Source: a bacterium (GTDB lineage: Bacteria; Patescibacteriota; Patescibacteriia; SBBB01). From it: a DNA stretch of 64,000 bases. Below the pieces are notes generated by a model that was not told where the DNA came from, ran no database searches, and saw nothing but the letters and a program-made list of their open reading frames with translations. Made by a program: the position numbers and the translations under genes. Positions 17,538-27,239 of the stretch are shown here, piece after piece. Position 1 is the stretch's first letter. Every line of letters starts with the position of its first letter. The stretch spans positions 8,980 to 72,979 of the forward strand of contig SBBB01000025.1 of assembly GCA_005239895.1 (NCBI GenBank). Direction: 5' to 3'.

Positions 17538-19279
17538 GTCTTATTTTGAACCTCTTTTTTAATACGATTTATAAAATCTACAAGCGACATTACTCCTATT
17601 TTTCCATGTTTATGGCTTTCTACAGTTACAGTTTGAGATGTCATTTCTTTTTCACCTATAATTAAAAAGTAAGGAACTCTTGCTTCTTTGGCACATTTAA
17701 CTTTTTTACCCAACATTTCATCAGAAACATTTGTTTCCACTCTAACACCATCTTTAATTAAACTGTCAGCAATATTTTTGACGTATTCTTTTTGCTTTTC
17801 AGTTACAGATAGGATTTGCACCTGAACTCGTGATAACCACACTGGAAATGCCCCAGCGCAATGTTCGGTTAATAATGCAAAAAATCTTTCAAAAGAACCT
17901 AGTATAGCTCTATGAATAATTACAGGTTCTTCTTTTTCTCCTTTAGAATTTGTGAATTCTAAGTTGGAACGTTTGGAGGAGTAAAAATCTATCTGAATTG
18001 TGGCGATAGTATCTTCTTTGCCAGCTACATTTTTCATTTGTATATCTATTTTTGGTCCATAAAAAGATGCTTCTCCTTCTACTTCAACAAATGGCGCTGC
18101 GAATGCAATCAGGCTGTTTCTAGTAACTGTTGCGGCTTCGTCCCACATTTTTTTATTTTTGATATCTCCAAATTTTTCCGTATTTGAAAAATCAGGCAAA
18201 GATAATCTAAACCAGTATTCTTTAATTTGAAAAACATCGTCAAAAACTTCTTTAAAAAGTTTTAGCACATTAATGATTTCATTTTGTAAATCTTTTTTAT
18301 CGCAATAAATATGACTGTCGTTTTGAGTAAATCCCCTGCTACGAATTAAACCTGTTAATACTCCCGATCGCTCAAAACGATGCACCAGGCCAAATTCAGC
18401 TAATCTTATGGGTAGATCCCTGTAACTTAAGGGGCGATGTTTAAATATTTGATGGTGGTGTGGGCAATTCATAGGTCTCAAATAATATTCTTCACCCTCA
18501 ATTTCAATGGGATTATACATATCATCTTTGTAGTGTGCTAAATGACCAGATTTTTCGTACAATCTTTTATGGGTAAGAATCGGTGTGTTAACGTATTGAT
18601 ATCCATTAGCTAATTCTTTATCAAAAATAAAATCTTCAAGTTTTTTTCTTATAAATGCTCCATTTGGTAGCCAAAGCGGCAGTCCTTTACCAACCTCATC
18701 TGAAATCATAAAAAGTTGCAGTTTTTCACCCAAGAGTCTGTGGTCGCGTAGTTTAGCTTCAGCTTGTTGTTTTTTATATTCTTCAAGCATTTCCTTAGTT
18801 TCAAAAGCTAGACCATAAACGCGCGTTAACATAATATTTTTTTCATCACCTCTCCAGTATGCTCCAGCTATATGCGTTAATTCAAAAGCATCTATTGGTA
18901 TTTCTTTAGTATTTTCAATATGACCACCCTTACAAAGATCAATAAAATCACCGGTTTTGTATAAAGTTATAGTTGCTCCAGCATTTTCTAATTCATTAAT
19001 GAGTTCAATTTTAAACGGTTGATCTTTAAATTGTTTTTTAGCTTCATTGGCAGTAGTTTCAATTCTTTCAAAAGAAAGATTTTGTTTAATAAGACTAATC
19101 ATATTTTGTTGCAGGGTGGGAAGCATTTCATTGGAAAAGGGTTTAGAAAATTGAATATCATAATAAAACCCATTGTCTATAATTGGACCTATGGCTAATT
19201 TTAGATTGGGGTCGTATTGTAGAGACGCGGTTGCCAATAAATGAGCTAAAGAGTGTCTTAAATTATCTAGGTTGGACAT
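17531..19279 (-). CDS. thrS: Threonine--tRNA ligase
   Basis: RHSLAH, DLCKGGH, RDHRLLG, RPMNCPHH, FYGPKID, HRAILGSFERF. Confidence 0.98.
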   Translation of the reverse strand: MSNLDNLRHSLAHLLATASLQYDPNLKLAIGPIIDNGFYYDIQFSKPFSNEMLPTLQQNMISLIKQNLSFERIETTANEAKKQFKDQPFKIELINELENAGATITLYKTGDFIDLCKGGHIENTKEIPIDAFELTHIAGAYWRGDEKNIMLTRVYGLAFETKEMLEEYKKQQAEAKLRDHRLLGEKLQLFMISDEVGKGLPLWLPNGAFIRKKLEDFIFDKELANGYQYVNTPILTHKRLYEKSGHLAHYKDDMYNPIEIEGEEYYLRPMNCPHHHQIFKHRPLSYRDLPIRLAEFGLVHRFERSGVLTGLIRSRGFTQNDSHIYCDKKDLQNEIINVLKLFKEVFDDVFQIKEYWFRLSLPDFSNTEKFGDIKNKKMWDEAATVTRNSLIAFAAPFVEVEGEASFYGPKIDIQMKNVAGKEDTIATIQIDFYSSKRSNLEFTNSKGEKEEPVIIHRAILGSFERFFALLTEHCAGAFPVWLSRVQVQILSVTEKQKEYVKNIADSLIKDGVRVETNVSDEMLGKKVKCAKEARVPYFLIIGEKEMTSQTVTVESHKHGKIGVMSLVDFINRIKKEVQNKTQ

Positions 19280-19404
19280 AAAATTGAAATTTGTATGGTT
19301 TTATAAATCAGTAATTAGTAATCGGTAATCAGTTTATTATTGACTTTAAGTATACTATTGAATTGTGGAAATGACAAAAATTATTATTTTGTTAATCTTC
19401 TTTC

Positions 19405-19600
19405 CTGTCATTCTCGCGTTCAGTCTTCGTCCAGCCTTTGTAGCCATAGGCTACTATGGCGGAGTAGGCTAGCCGTAGCTACTACGGTCGCTTACGCTTC
19501 ATAGTTTCAGCGACGGAGCGCGAACTAGGCAAGGCGGGAATCCAGGAGCGAATTCAATTAAATACAACCTGGATCCCCGGGTCAAGCCCGAGGATGACAG
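19405..19600. repeat. REPIN-like inverted REP pair with a 112-nt nested hairpin insertion
   Basis: CTGTCATTCTCGCG [19419-19530] AAGGCGGGAATCCAGG ... CCTGGATCCCCGGGTCAAGCCCGAGGATGACAG. Confidence 0.8.
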
Positions 19601-19667
19601 AAAGGATGAGGAAAAATTTTGCTATGCAAAATTTTAGTGCCTGCACTACGGAGCCTTGGCGTAGTAG

Positions 19668-19741
19668 TGCGCCCGAGAGGACTCGAACCCCTAACCTCTT
19701 GGTTCGAAGCCAAGCACTCTATCCAATTGAGCTACGGGCGC
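19668..19741 (-). tRNA. tRNA-Arg(TCG)
   Basis: GCGCCCG acceptor, CTTGG-CT-TCG-AA-CCAAG, GGTTCGAGTCC; no encoded CCA. Confidence 0.95.
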
Positions 19742-19826
19742 TAAAATAAACAACAACTAATTATACCACAAAAAACTGCATTTTATCAATATGCTAAGTA
19801 TTATGCGATATTAAGTCGGTTTATAA

Positions 19827-20498
19827 TTAAAAAGATGTATTCAGGCTTGGTCCTGGTAATTGTAAGCCCGAAGGAGGAGGCTGGAGAGAGTCTTGAAGGT
19901 TAACACTTGGTATTTGTGGACCTGGTACTGTGGTTTGAAGTCCTCCAGCGCCAGGTAGAGTGTTTAGGGTTGGATTAGAATTTAATTGTACAGCTGGCGG
20001 TGAACTAAAAAAGTTTCGTACAGAATCAACGCCTCTATTAAAAGCACCAGAAGCAGTATCACCAATACTACCAACCCTACCAGTACCCCCTGCTGATCCA
20101 TATATTCCCGTGCCCTGAACACTTCTTAGTATAAATGTACTAATTGAATAAGCTGAAAGTATAATAGCAGCTCCAATAGCGCTATTAATCATTAAGTTTT
20201 TAGCTTTTTTGATTTGTTCGTCATTGCCGCCCGCTGTCATCCAAAGATAACCAGCAAATACAATTAATACTAAACATATAATACCCAATAAACTTAAAGC
20301 AACTCTAATAAGTAGGGCTATTGTAGATGGTAATGATGGTGTAGCTGTTCCTGTTGTATATCCAGCATGACTACCCCCACCTTCAAGATAGCCCCTTATC
20401 TCATCTCGCGTTGATCCCAATACATTAAAAACAGGAATTATTAATAGTAGTATTATTATAAATGTATAACTAAATTTAATAAACAGGTTTTTATACAT
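19827..20498 (-). CDS. TrbC/VirB2-like pilin with Pro/Gly-rich C-terminal tail
   Basis: Signal peptide plus two TM helices around AGYLWMTAGGNDEQIKKA. Confidence 0.8.
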   Translation of the reverse strand: MYKNLFIKFSYTFIIILLLIIPVFNVLGSTRDEIRGYLEGGGSHAGYTTGTATPSLPSTIALLIRVALSLLGIICLVLIVFAGYLWMTAGGNDEQIKKAKNLMINSAIGAAIILSAYSISTFILRSVQGTGIYGSAGGTGRVGSIGDTASGAFNRGVDSVRNFFSSPPAVQLNSNPTLNTLPGAGGLQTTVPGPQIPSVNLQDSLQPPPSGLQLPGPSLNTSF

Positions 20499-20500
20499 AT

Positions 20501-20872
20501 TTATAATAATTTATCTATTAATTTACCTATCACAAAACTACTTATAACATACGCGCCTAAAACAATAATAACACCAATTATGCCATTAACCAATAAACCC
20601 TGGGCTTTTTTCACTTGTTCGTCATTGCCGCCCGCTGTCATCCAAAGATAACCAGCAAATACAACCAAGACTAAGAACACAATACCCAATAAACTTAGAA
20701 CTATCTGAATTACGTTCCCTATTATAACAACTGGATGTTTGGGTTCTTGAGGGCTAACGTCGCTACCAATTAAACGATCCAAGGGGTGTAATGGGAGTGC
20801 GTATGTTAAGGTACTAAATAACATAGAACAAAGCATTATTAATAAAAATAAGTATAAAAGACGGTTTTTCAT
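20501..20872 (-). CDS. TrbC/VirB2-like pilin
   Basis: AGYLWMTAGGNDEQVKKA...GIIGVIIV. Confidence 0.82.
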   Translation of the reverse strand: MKNRLLYLFLLIMLCSMLFSTLTYALPLHPLDRLIGSDVSPQEPKHPVVIIGNVIQIVLSLLGIVFLVLVVFAGYLWMTAGGNDEQVKKAQGLLVNGIIGVIIVLGAYVISSFVIGKLIDKLL

Positions 20873-20887
20873 ATAACAATAATATAG

Positions 20888-21295
20888 CTAATTAATTGTG
20901 AATTGACTCAACCGGCCTATTATGTAATAACTTATAATATACGCTGCTAAAACAATAATAACACCAATTATACCATTAACCAACAATTCTTGCGCTTTGG
21001 TGACTTGCTCTTTGTTTCCGCCTGCTGTCATCCATAAATAGCCAGCGTATACAGTTAATACTAAAAATATAATACCTACAAAACTAATTATCATTACGAT
21101 AATTTTACCAATAAATTTTTCAGGTTGATCGATTATGCTGTCATTTCGATTATATCTTGCGTCTTCAGCAACCTGGTCTAGAATCCCAACACTAGTGTTA
21201 GGATCTGGGGTTTCTGCTGTATGTATAAGAGCAGGAGTAAAAATATTTAGAGCCAGAAACAATAATATTAGCCCAAAATATATTTTTTTATTCAT
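20888..21295 (-). CDS. TrbC/VirB2-like pilin
   Basis: AGYLWMTAGGNKEQVTKA...GIIGVIIV. Confidence 0.82.
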   Translation of the reverse strand: MNKKIYFGLILLFLALNIFTPALIHTAETPDPNTSVGILDQVAEDARYNRNDSIIDQPEKFIGKIIVMIISFVGIIFLVLTVYAGYLWMTAGGNKEQVTKAQELLVNGIIGVIIVLAAYIISYYIIGRLSQFTIN

Positions 21296-21311
21296 ATTAA
21301 ATAATATTTTA

Positions 21312-21731
21312 TTAGGACGGGTTTGTAAAACTTATTAAATTTGTTAAAATAAATTTACTTATAATATACGCGGCTACAATTATAATTATACCTATAATAT
21401 TATGTATTATTTTAGTTTGGGCGGTTTTTATTTTTTCTTTTTCTCCGCCGGAATGCATCCATTGTAATCCCGCTATAATTAGATTGGTTAAAAAAATAAT
21501 ACCTATAAAACTTGTTACCACTGCAATAATATTGCCGTACGAGCTAAGAGCGGCATTTCCACTCGGGTCTTTTGTAGGATCACCAAAAAATTTTTTTGCA
21601 GATGTGGCAAAATTATTTTTTACATCATCAAAAGTGCCAGCCTTTATGTACGATTCAGGATAAAATAAATAAATTATACTTCCCAGTAAGCTAAAAAAAA
21701 TATTTTTAATATTTGTTTTTATTTTAAACAT
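21312..21731 (-). CDS. TrbC/VirB2-like pilin
   Basis: AGLQWMHSGGEKEKIKTA. Confidence 0.78.
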   Translation of the reverse strand: MFKIKTNIKNIFFSLLGSIIYLFYPESYIKAGTFDDVKNNFATSAKKFFGDPTKDPSGNAALSSYGNIIAVVTSFIGIIFLTNLIIAGLQWMHSGGEKEKIKTAQTKIIHNIIGIIIIVAAYIISKFILTNLISFTNPS

Positions 21732-21737
21732 AAATTT

Positions 21738-22190
21738 TTAAACCTTGCTAGACATGTTATATATATTAAATCCAGGTGGAGTAGTGGGCTGACCGGTTTT
21801 AACACTGGTAATAACTTTTTGTAAAATAAACCAAGTAATAAGTCCAGCGCCCATAACAACAATTAATCCTAAAATAGCCTGGCTTAGCATACCTTGAGCT
21901 TTTTTAACAGCTTCATCATTACCTTTAGCTGTCATCCACTGAATTCCAGCTATAATAATTAAAGTTAAAAATATTACACCCACTAAACCTAAACTATAAA
22001 AAATAATATTACCTATAATTTTTGAAATATCACTTTCGGGTAGCGTGCCAAATGCTTCTCTAGCAGTTGTTGTTAAACCATAATTAGATGCTAGTTTGAT
22101 ATTTCCCAGAGCGTAGGTATTTTGGGCAATCAATAAAACGATTGCGCTAAAAATAAAAAAAGTAATTAATAATGATTTATTGCGAACCAT
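21738..22190 (-). CDS. TrbC/VirB2-like pilin
   Basis: AGIQWMTAKGNDEAVKKA. Confidence 0.8.
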   Translation of the reverse strand: MVRNKSLLITFFIFSAIVLLIAQNTYALGNIKLASNYGLTTTAREAFGTLPESDISKIIGNIIFYSLGLVGVIFLTLIIIAGIQWMTAKGNDEAVKKAQGMLSQAILGLIVVMGAGLITWFILQKVITSVKTGQPTTPPGFNIYNMSSKV

Positions 22191-22254
22191 AAGTGTATTA
22201 TACCAAAGACAATCGGATAAAATTTTTTTTAAAATTTATTTTAAATAATCACCT

Positions 22255-22299
22255 AAAATATTAGGTGCGCTTATCTTAAATAAGCAGCACCTAATATTT
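22255..22299 (-). terminator. Stem-loop after pilin 22310-22723
   Basis: AAAATATTAGGTGC...GCACCTAATATTTT. Confidence 0.6.
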
Positions 22300-22309
22300 T
22301 TAGTTTAAT

Positions 22310-22723
22310 TTACGGAGTAGTAGGAGTAGCATCACTGGTTACGCTTAGTAAGGAGGATAATACGAAGGTTACTAAAGAGTATGCAGTTAAGATAATTACT
22401 AATCCAATACCAGCTGCCATTAATAAAGCTTTAGCTTTAGTAATTTGTTCATCGTTACCAGCGGCTGTCATCCACATAAATCCACCAACGATGACCAAGA
22501 CTACCGCAATAATACCTAGAAACCCTAAGGCGATTCTAATAATTTTTGCGATTGTAACTCTTATATCTGTACTAGCTAATCCAGTTTCATCACCTGCACT
22601 ACCAGTACCAATACCAATTCCGCCTTGATCAAGGGGAGTGGCACCCAATGCCAAACGAGGCATTACAAACAAGGTCAATAAAGTTAAAAATATCATTGCA
22701 GAGTATAATATGTTTTTATTCAT
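22310..22723 (-). CDS. TrbC/VirB2-like pilin (candidate major subunit)
   Basis: GGFMWMTAAGNDEQITKA; the only pilin with a G-rich RBS (GAGAGGGGGTG) and its own terminator. Confidence 0.82.
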   Translation of the reverse strand: MNKNILYSAMIFLTLLTLFVMPRLALGATPLDQGGIGIGTGSAGDETGLASTDIRVTIAKIIRIALGFLGIIAVVLVIVGGFMWMTAAGNDEQITKAKALLMAAGIGLVIILTAYSLVTFVLSSLLSVTSDATPTTP

Positions 22724-22797
22724 ACGTCACCCCCTCTCAAATAAAAATTTATTATTAATTTATATAATTATATATTGGTTTATCTGTTTTGTGAATA

Positions 22798-23262
22798 TTA
22801 AGGATTAGTGGATGTAGAAACTGGATGTTCGCGTGTAACTGGCGCAGCTGTGGATGGGTTTGGATCTATTTCTAGGAGGTTTTGATTTGTAATCCTACCA
22901 CCCCATTGATAAATCCAGCCTTGTACCAATAAATAACTACCTAATACAATTATAATACCGATTATAGCATTAGTCAATATAACCTTACCAGTGTTAATAT
23001 CTTTTTTGTCACCACCCCTAGATCCAATCATTATTAACAAGCCTCCGTACATAAACATAAGTAAGGCTAAACTACCCACAATACCCATTATAAGATTAGC
23101 AATATTAACTATTAATTTTTTAAAACTAGATAGTTTGCAATCTGTTCCCGCATTGATTCCCCTGCATTCATGGGGAACTATCACTATAGCCGCATCAAGC
23201 ACTATGGGCAACACCATAGTAAATATAATTAATAAAATAAATAAAGATGTTTTAGAGTTCAT
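22798..23262 (-). CDS. TrbC/VirB2-like pilin with Cys pair
   Basis: C..(x8)..C, then IMGIVGSLALLMFMYGG...NAIIGIIIV. Confidence 0.75.
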   Translation of the reverse strand: MNSKTSLFILLIIFTMVLPIVLDAAIVIVPHECRGINAGTDCKLSSFKKLIVNIANLIMGIVGSLALLMFMYGGLLIMIGSRGGDKKDINTGKVILTNAIIGIIIVLGSYLLVQGWIYQWGGRITNQNLLEIDPNPSTAAPVTREHPVSTSTNP

Positions 23263-23268
23263 ATTTAT

Positions 23269-24663
23269 TTAATAGCTATTATTTATTTTAGTAGCGCCCA
23301 AACCCAGAGCTTCATTTAGGGTTTTGGTATTATTTTTTAAGGCTATTTCAATTATTTCACGAAAAATTAGGTCCATTTTCTGAGGATTCTTGCCTCTATA
23401 CCAATTCTTACTAGTTAATAATTGTTGACTAAATACTCCGATATCCAAACTTTCACGCTGAGAATCAATAAGTTGACGCAGAGCAGTTGGTCTTTGCGTA
23501 AGTTCTAAATATTTAACTACTTCTTTTTCCGAAGTTATAAACTGAATTAAATCCCAAGCCTGATCTTTATGTTTAGATTTTTTGAGAACACTTTCGACAT
23601 AATAACTTGCGAAGTTTATTTCAGGATTGCCTGTGATTTGAGGTATTTTAGCAACATCAAACTTTAGAGTTGGGGCTGTTTTTTTAAGAACCTTATAATC
23701 GTCAAAATAACCAAACATAAAAGCTAGCTTTCCTTGTCTAAAAATATTTAAATCATAATTAATCTCCGAATTCCAAGTATAAACATCTTTGCTAGGCGTG
23801 GCAAAACTGGCATAAAACTCTAAAGACTCTAGTCCGGGAGACCTTTCTCTTCCTCCTCTGGACAATGTAACAGATTCATTGAAAGTTACGGAGTTACCCC
23901 TTGTCATATTTGCTCCATTTTGCATCATTAATAATGCTACCAAATCAACTGGATGACTTACGTTGTTATTTGTTCCTAGGGCTGTTCCATAAAGAATTAG
24001 TTTATCGGTGTTATCTTTTTTAGTAATTTTTTGAACTGCATCTACAAAGTTGCCCCAATCATTGGGTGGCAAAGATATATTACTTTTATTCAAAATATCT
24101 TTATTATAAAACATAGCCAAAGTATCAATTCCCAGGGGTAGTCCGTAGACCTTGGGCTGAGTTTCTGGTTTTTTAGTTATAGGATTTATAATCTCGGTTG
24201 GTAGAACAACATCTTCATAAACCGTATCTATAAACGAGTCTTTTAGTTTTCGCATAGACATAGTTGGGTTGGTTGCATATTCTGTCACTATTTCTTTTTT
24301 TATACTTCCTTCTAGGTGTTGATAAGCAATAGTGGTTGTAGGGGGCATATAGACTAGTTTAGATTGGTATTTTTTTAACCAAGTTATAGGTAAAGATACA
24401 ATGTCCGGTCCCCGATCTTCAGCTAAAGCGTTTAGTAACTCATTTTCCAATTCATCTAAGGGGATTTGTTTGTAATTGATAGTAACATAAGGATGCCCTG
24501 TTTTATACGCATCTAAAACCGGTTTTAACGATGATTCTTCGTCATTAACTCTCCAGTAGTTTAAAGTTACGGGATCTAATTTAACATTTTGTTTGCACTT
24601 AAATCCAGTTGTGGTTAAAATTATTAAAAGTAGTATTAAAATTTTTGCTTTAGATGAAATCAT
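23269..24663 (-). CDS. Extracellular solute-binding lipoprotein (family 1)
   Basis: GFKC lipobox-like, GPDI, YGLPLGIDTLAMFYNKD, AWDLIQF. Confidence 0.88.
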   Translation of the reverse strand: MISSKAKILILLLIILTTTGFKCKQNVKLDPVTLNYWRVNDEESSLKPVLDAYKTGHPYVTINYKQIPLDELENELLNALAEDRGPDIVSLPITWLKKYQSKLVYMPPTTTIAYQHLEGSIKKEIVTEYATNPTMSMRKLKDSFIDTVYEDVVLPTEIINPITKKPETQPKVYGLPLGIDTLAMFYNKDILNKSNISLPPNDWGNFVDAVQKITKKDNTDKLILYGTALGTNNNVSHPVDLVALLMMQNGANMTRGNSVTFNESVTLSRGGRERSPGLESLEFYASFATPSKDVYTWNSEINYDLNIFRQGKLAFMFGYFDDYKVLKKTAPTLKFDVAKIPQITGNPEINFASYYVESVLKKSKHKDQAWDLIQFITSEKEVVKYLELTQRPTALRQLIDSQRESLDIGVFSQQLLTSKNWYRGKNPQKMDLIFREIIEIALKNNTKTLNEALGLGATKINNSY

Positions 24664-24730
24664 ATATTTATGAATTTTGTAGTTAATTCATAGTATAGCA
24701 TAAAGTTTTGAGTCACGCTATAATTAGGTT

Positions 24731-25993
24731 ATGCAATTTATAACTGACCTTCATATTCATTCTAAATATTCAAGGGCTTGTTCAAAATCTTTAAATATAG
24801 AAAACATTGATAAATGGTGCAAAATTAAAGGTATTCAATTAATAGGCACTGGAGATTTTACGCATCCGGCCTGGATGCAAGAACTGAAGACCAAGCTTAA
24901 AATACAATCCAATGGTTTATATGTTTCAAATAATACAAGTCAAAATGATCCGATTTATTTTGTTCCCACAGTTGAAATTAGTTGTATTTACAGGAGATAT
25001 AATCAAACTCGTCGCGTGCATTTAATTATAGTGGTAAAAAATTTAGAAATTGCGGAAGAAATAAATACTAGATTAAGTAAGCTCGGTAAATTAGCCAGTG
25101 ATGGACGACCAATTTTAGGGCTAGATTCCGAAGAACTAGCTAAAATTGTTATAGATGCGTCACTGGAGTCAATTATTATACCGGCGCATATTTGGACACC
25201 CTGGTTTAGTCTCTATGGATCTAATTCAGGCTTTAATTCTATAGAGGAGTGTTTTGGAGAAATGAGTAAATATATTTATGCCGTAGAAACAGGCTTGTCT
25301 TCTAACCCCCCTATGAATTGGATGGTCAGTGATTTGGACAATGTTTTAATAATATCTAATTCCGATGCCCACTCTTTGGAAAAGCTGGGGCGCGAAGCTA
25401 GTATTTTTGAAGGTTTAGAACTTTCTTATAGTGCGTTATTTGAAGCTTTTAGTAAAAGAAACTTAAGTCGTGATTCTAAATTAAAATTAGTTTCTACAAT
25501 TGAATTTTTTCCCGAAGAAGGAAAATATTATCATGATGGACATTTAAACTGCAAGGTATCTTTAGCTCCAACTCAAGAGAATGCGCATAAAATTTGTCCG
25601 GTATGCCATAAAAAGTTAACCGTTGGAGTGTTAAGTCGAGCCAATGACTTGGCTAATAGAACTTGGGGCGAAAAATCTCCCTTAGCCTTGCCGTATAAAA
25701 ATATTATTCCTTTAATTGAAATTATTTCGGAAGCCTTGGGAGTGGGAGTACAGTCTAAATCTTGTCGTTCATTATATTTTGATTTAGTTTCACGATTTGG
25801 TTCGGAGTTTAATATTCTTTTAAATCTTTCTTTGGATTTGCTTAGTGATTCGTCTTTGGTAAATATTAAAGAGGGTGTTCGCAAAGTACGATCTGGTGAG
25901 GTAAGTATTGAGCCAGGACATGATGGTGTTTTTGGTAAAATAAACTTAAATATTAATCCTAAAAATTACAAACAAGCAAGTTTAATGGTTTGA
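24731..25993 (+). CDS. Endonuclease Q family (PHP domain plus Zn finger)
   Basis: DLHIHSKYS, GTGDFTHP, PAHIWTPW, SNSDAHS, GKYYHDGH..C, CPVC. Confidence 0.88.
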   Translation: MQFITDLHIHSKYSRACSKSLNIENIDKWCKIKGIQLIGTGDFTHPAWMQELKTKLKIQSNGLYVSNNTSQNDPIYFVPTVEISCIYRRYNQTRRVHLIIVVKNLEIAEEINTRLSKLGKLASDGRPILGLDSEELAKIVIDASLESIIIPAHIWTPWFSLYGSNSGFNSIEECFGEMSKYIYAVETGLSSNPPMNWMVSDLDNVLIISNSDAHSLEKLGREASIFEGLELSYSALFEAFSKRNLSRDSKLKLVSTIEFFPEEGKYYHDGHLNCKVSLAPTQENAHKICPVCHKKLTVGVLSRANDLANRTWGEKSPLALPYKNIIPLIEIISEALGVGVQSKSCRSLYFDLVSRFGSEFNILLNLSLDLLSDSSLVNIKEGVRKVRSGEVSIEPGHDGVFGKINLNINPKNYKQASLMV

Positions 25994-26003
25994 CAATCTA
26001 CTG

Positions 26004-26071
26004 AGTCTACTTAGTGGCAAGGCGACTAAGTGCTGTTAAAAGCGGCTAAGTGCTGTTACTAAGTGTTGTTA
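26004..26071. repeat. ACTTAGTGGCAAGGCGACTAAGT hairpin with partial tandem copies
   Basis: Same 23-mer at 34497, 34566 and 59172; CTAAGTG(C/T)TGTTA occurs three times here. Confidence 0.85.
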
Positions 26072-26099
26072 AATTATGTGTTTGATGTTTTTTTAAATC

Positions 26100-26126
26100 A
26101 TGTTTGGCGATCCGATCGCTAAACAT
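26100..26126. repeat. ATGTTT hairpin family member
   Basis: ATGTTTGGCGAT-CCG-ATCGCTAAACAT. Confidence 0.8.
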
Positions 26127-26128
26127 TA

Positions 26129-27133
26129 CTATATTGAGAAATGTATTAAGTTGCGTACTTCGGCTAAGGTTTTTTGTGCTACTTTGCGCGCGTTCGCAGA
26201 ACCATCTTTAAGCATGTTTAAAATTTTAGTTTTGTCTTTGCTTAAGGCTTCGCGTCGTTGACGAACGGGTTTTATTAAATCTATTAAAACTTGAATTAAT
26301 CTCTTTTTTAAAACAACATCTCCCAGTCCCCCAGCCTGATATTGTTTTTTTAATTTGCTAATTTCGTTTTTATTAGGATCAAAAATATCTAGATAAGTAA
26401 AAACTGTATTTCCCTTTATATGTCCGGGGTCTGTAATTTTAAGATGTTTAGAATCTGTATACATTGACATTACACTTTTTTCTATTTCTTCATCAGTGGA
26501 CGAAAGATAAATAGCATTATTAAGACTTTTACTCATTTTTGTTTTTCCATCTATACCGGGCAATAAACTTGTACTTTCAGATAATAAAGGTTTAACCGTA
26601 TTAAAAAATACAGCGCGAGGAGAATAAAGTTTATTAAACCTTAAGGCTATTTCATTGGTTTGCTCTAACATTGGTAGTTGATCTTTACCAACCGGTACTA
26701 AATGAGCTTTAAATGCTAAAATATCAGCGGCCTGAGAAATTGGGTATACTAAAAAGCCGACGGGTATATTGTTCGTCATTTGTTTTTGTTTCATTTCAGT
26801 TTTAACAGTTGGATTTCTTTGGAGACGAGCCAAGGTTACTAAGTTTAAAAAATACACAGTTAATTCCGCAAGTTCGGGAATTAAAGATTGTACAAAAATT
26901 GTAGTTTTTTGAGGATCAATACCCACGGCCAAATAATCCAAAGCAACCTCGGTAATATTTTCTTGAATTTTAGATGGGTTGTCAGTATTATCAGTTAAAC
27001 CTTGAATATCAGCAATCATTACGAATTGATTATAGTCGTTTTGTAATTTAACGCGATTTTGTAGAGACCCAACATAATGTCCAAGGTGTAGTTTGCCAGT
27101 TGGTCTATCCCCGGTTAAAATTATAGGTTTCAT
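26129..27133 (-). CDS. trpS: Tryptophan--tRNA ligase
   Basis: TGDRPTGKLHLGH, QAADIL, VPVGKDQ, KMSKS. Confidence 0.98.
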   Translation of the reverse strand: MKPIILTGDRPTGKLHLGHYVGSLQNRVKLQNDYNQFVMIADIQGLTDNTDNPSKIQENITEVALDYLAVGIDPQKTTIFVQSLIPELAELTVYFLNLVTLARLQRNPTVKTEMKQKQMTNNIPVGFLVYPISQAADILAFKAHLVPVGKDQLPMLEQTNEIALRFNKLYSPRAVFFNTVKPLLSESTSLLPGIDGKTKMSKSLNNAIYLSSTDEEIEKSVMSMYTDSKHLKITDPGHIKGNTVFTYLDIFDPNKNEISKLKKQYQAGGLGDVVLKKRLIQVLIDLIKPVRQRREALSKDKTKILNMLKDGSANARKVAQKTLAEVRNLIHFSI

Positions 27134-27239
27134 ATTAATTAATGTTTCTATATTAATACAGTATATTAAAATTTTATTGAGTTTGCAATATCGTCTTTAG
27201 GTATTAGTTTTTTTAGGTTTTTGGTTAATAAGCGTGTTT

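Noticed and set aside
17439-17605. thrS 3' duplicate as a DGR template/variable repeat
   Set aside because: Differences are not adenine-specific and mostly fall at third codon positions; no reverse transcriptase in the window.
26004-26071. Short repeats as a CRISPR array
   Set aside because: No regular spacers, units are partial, and there are no cas genes.
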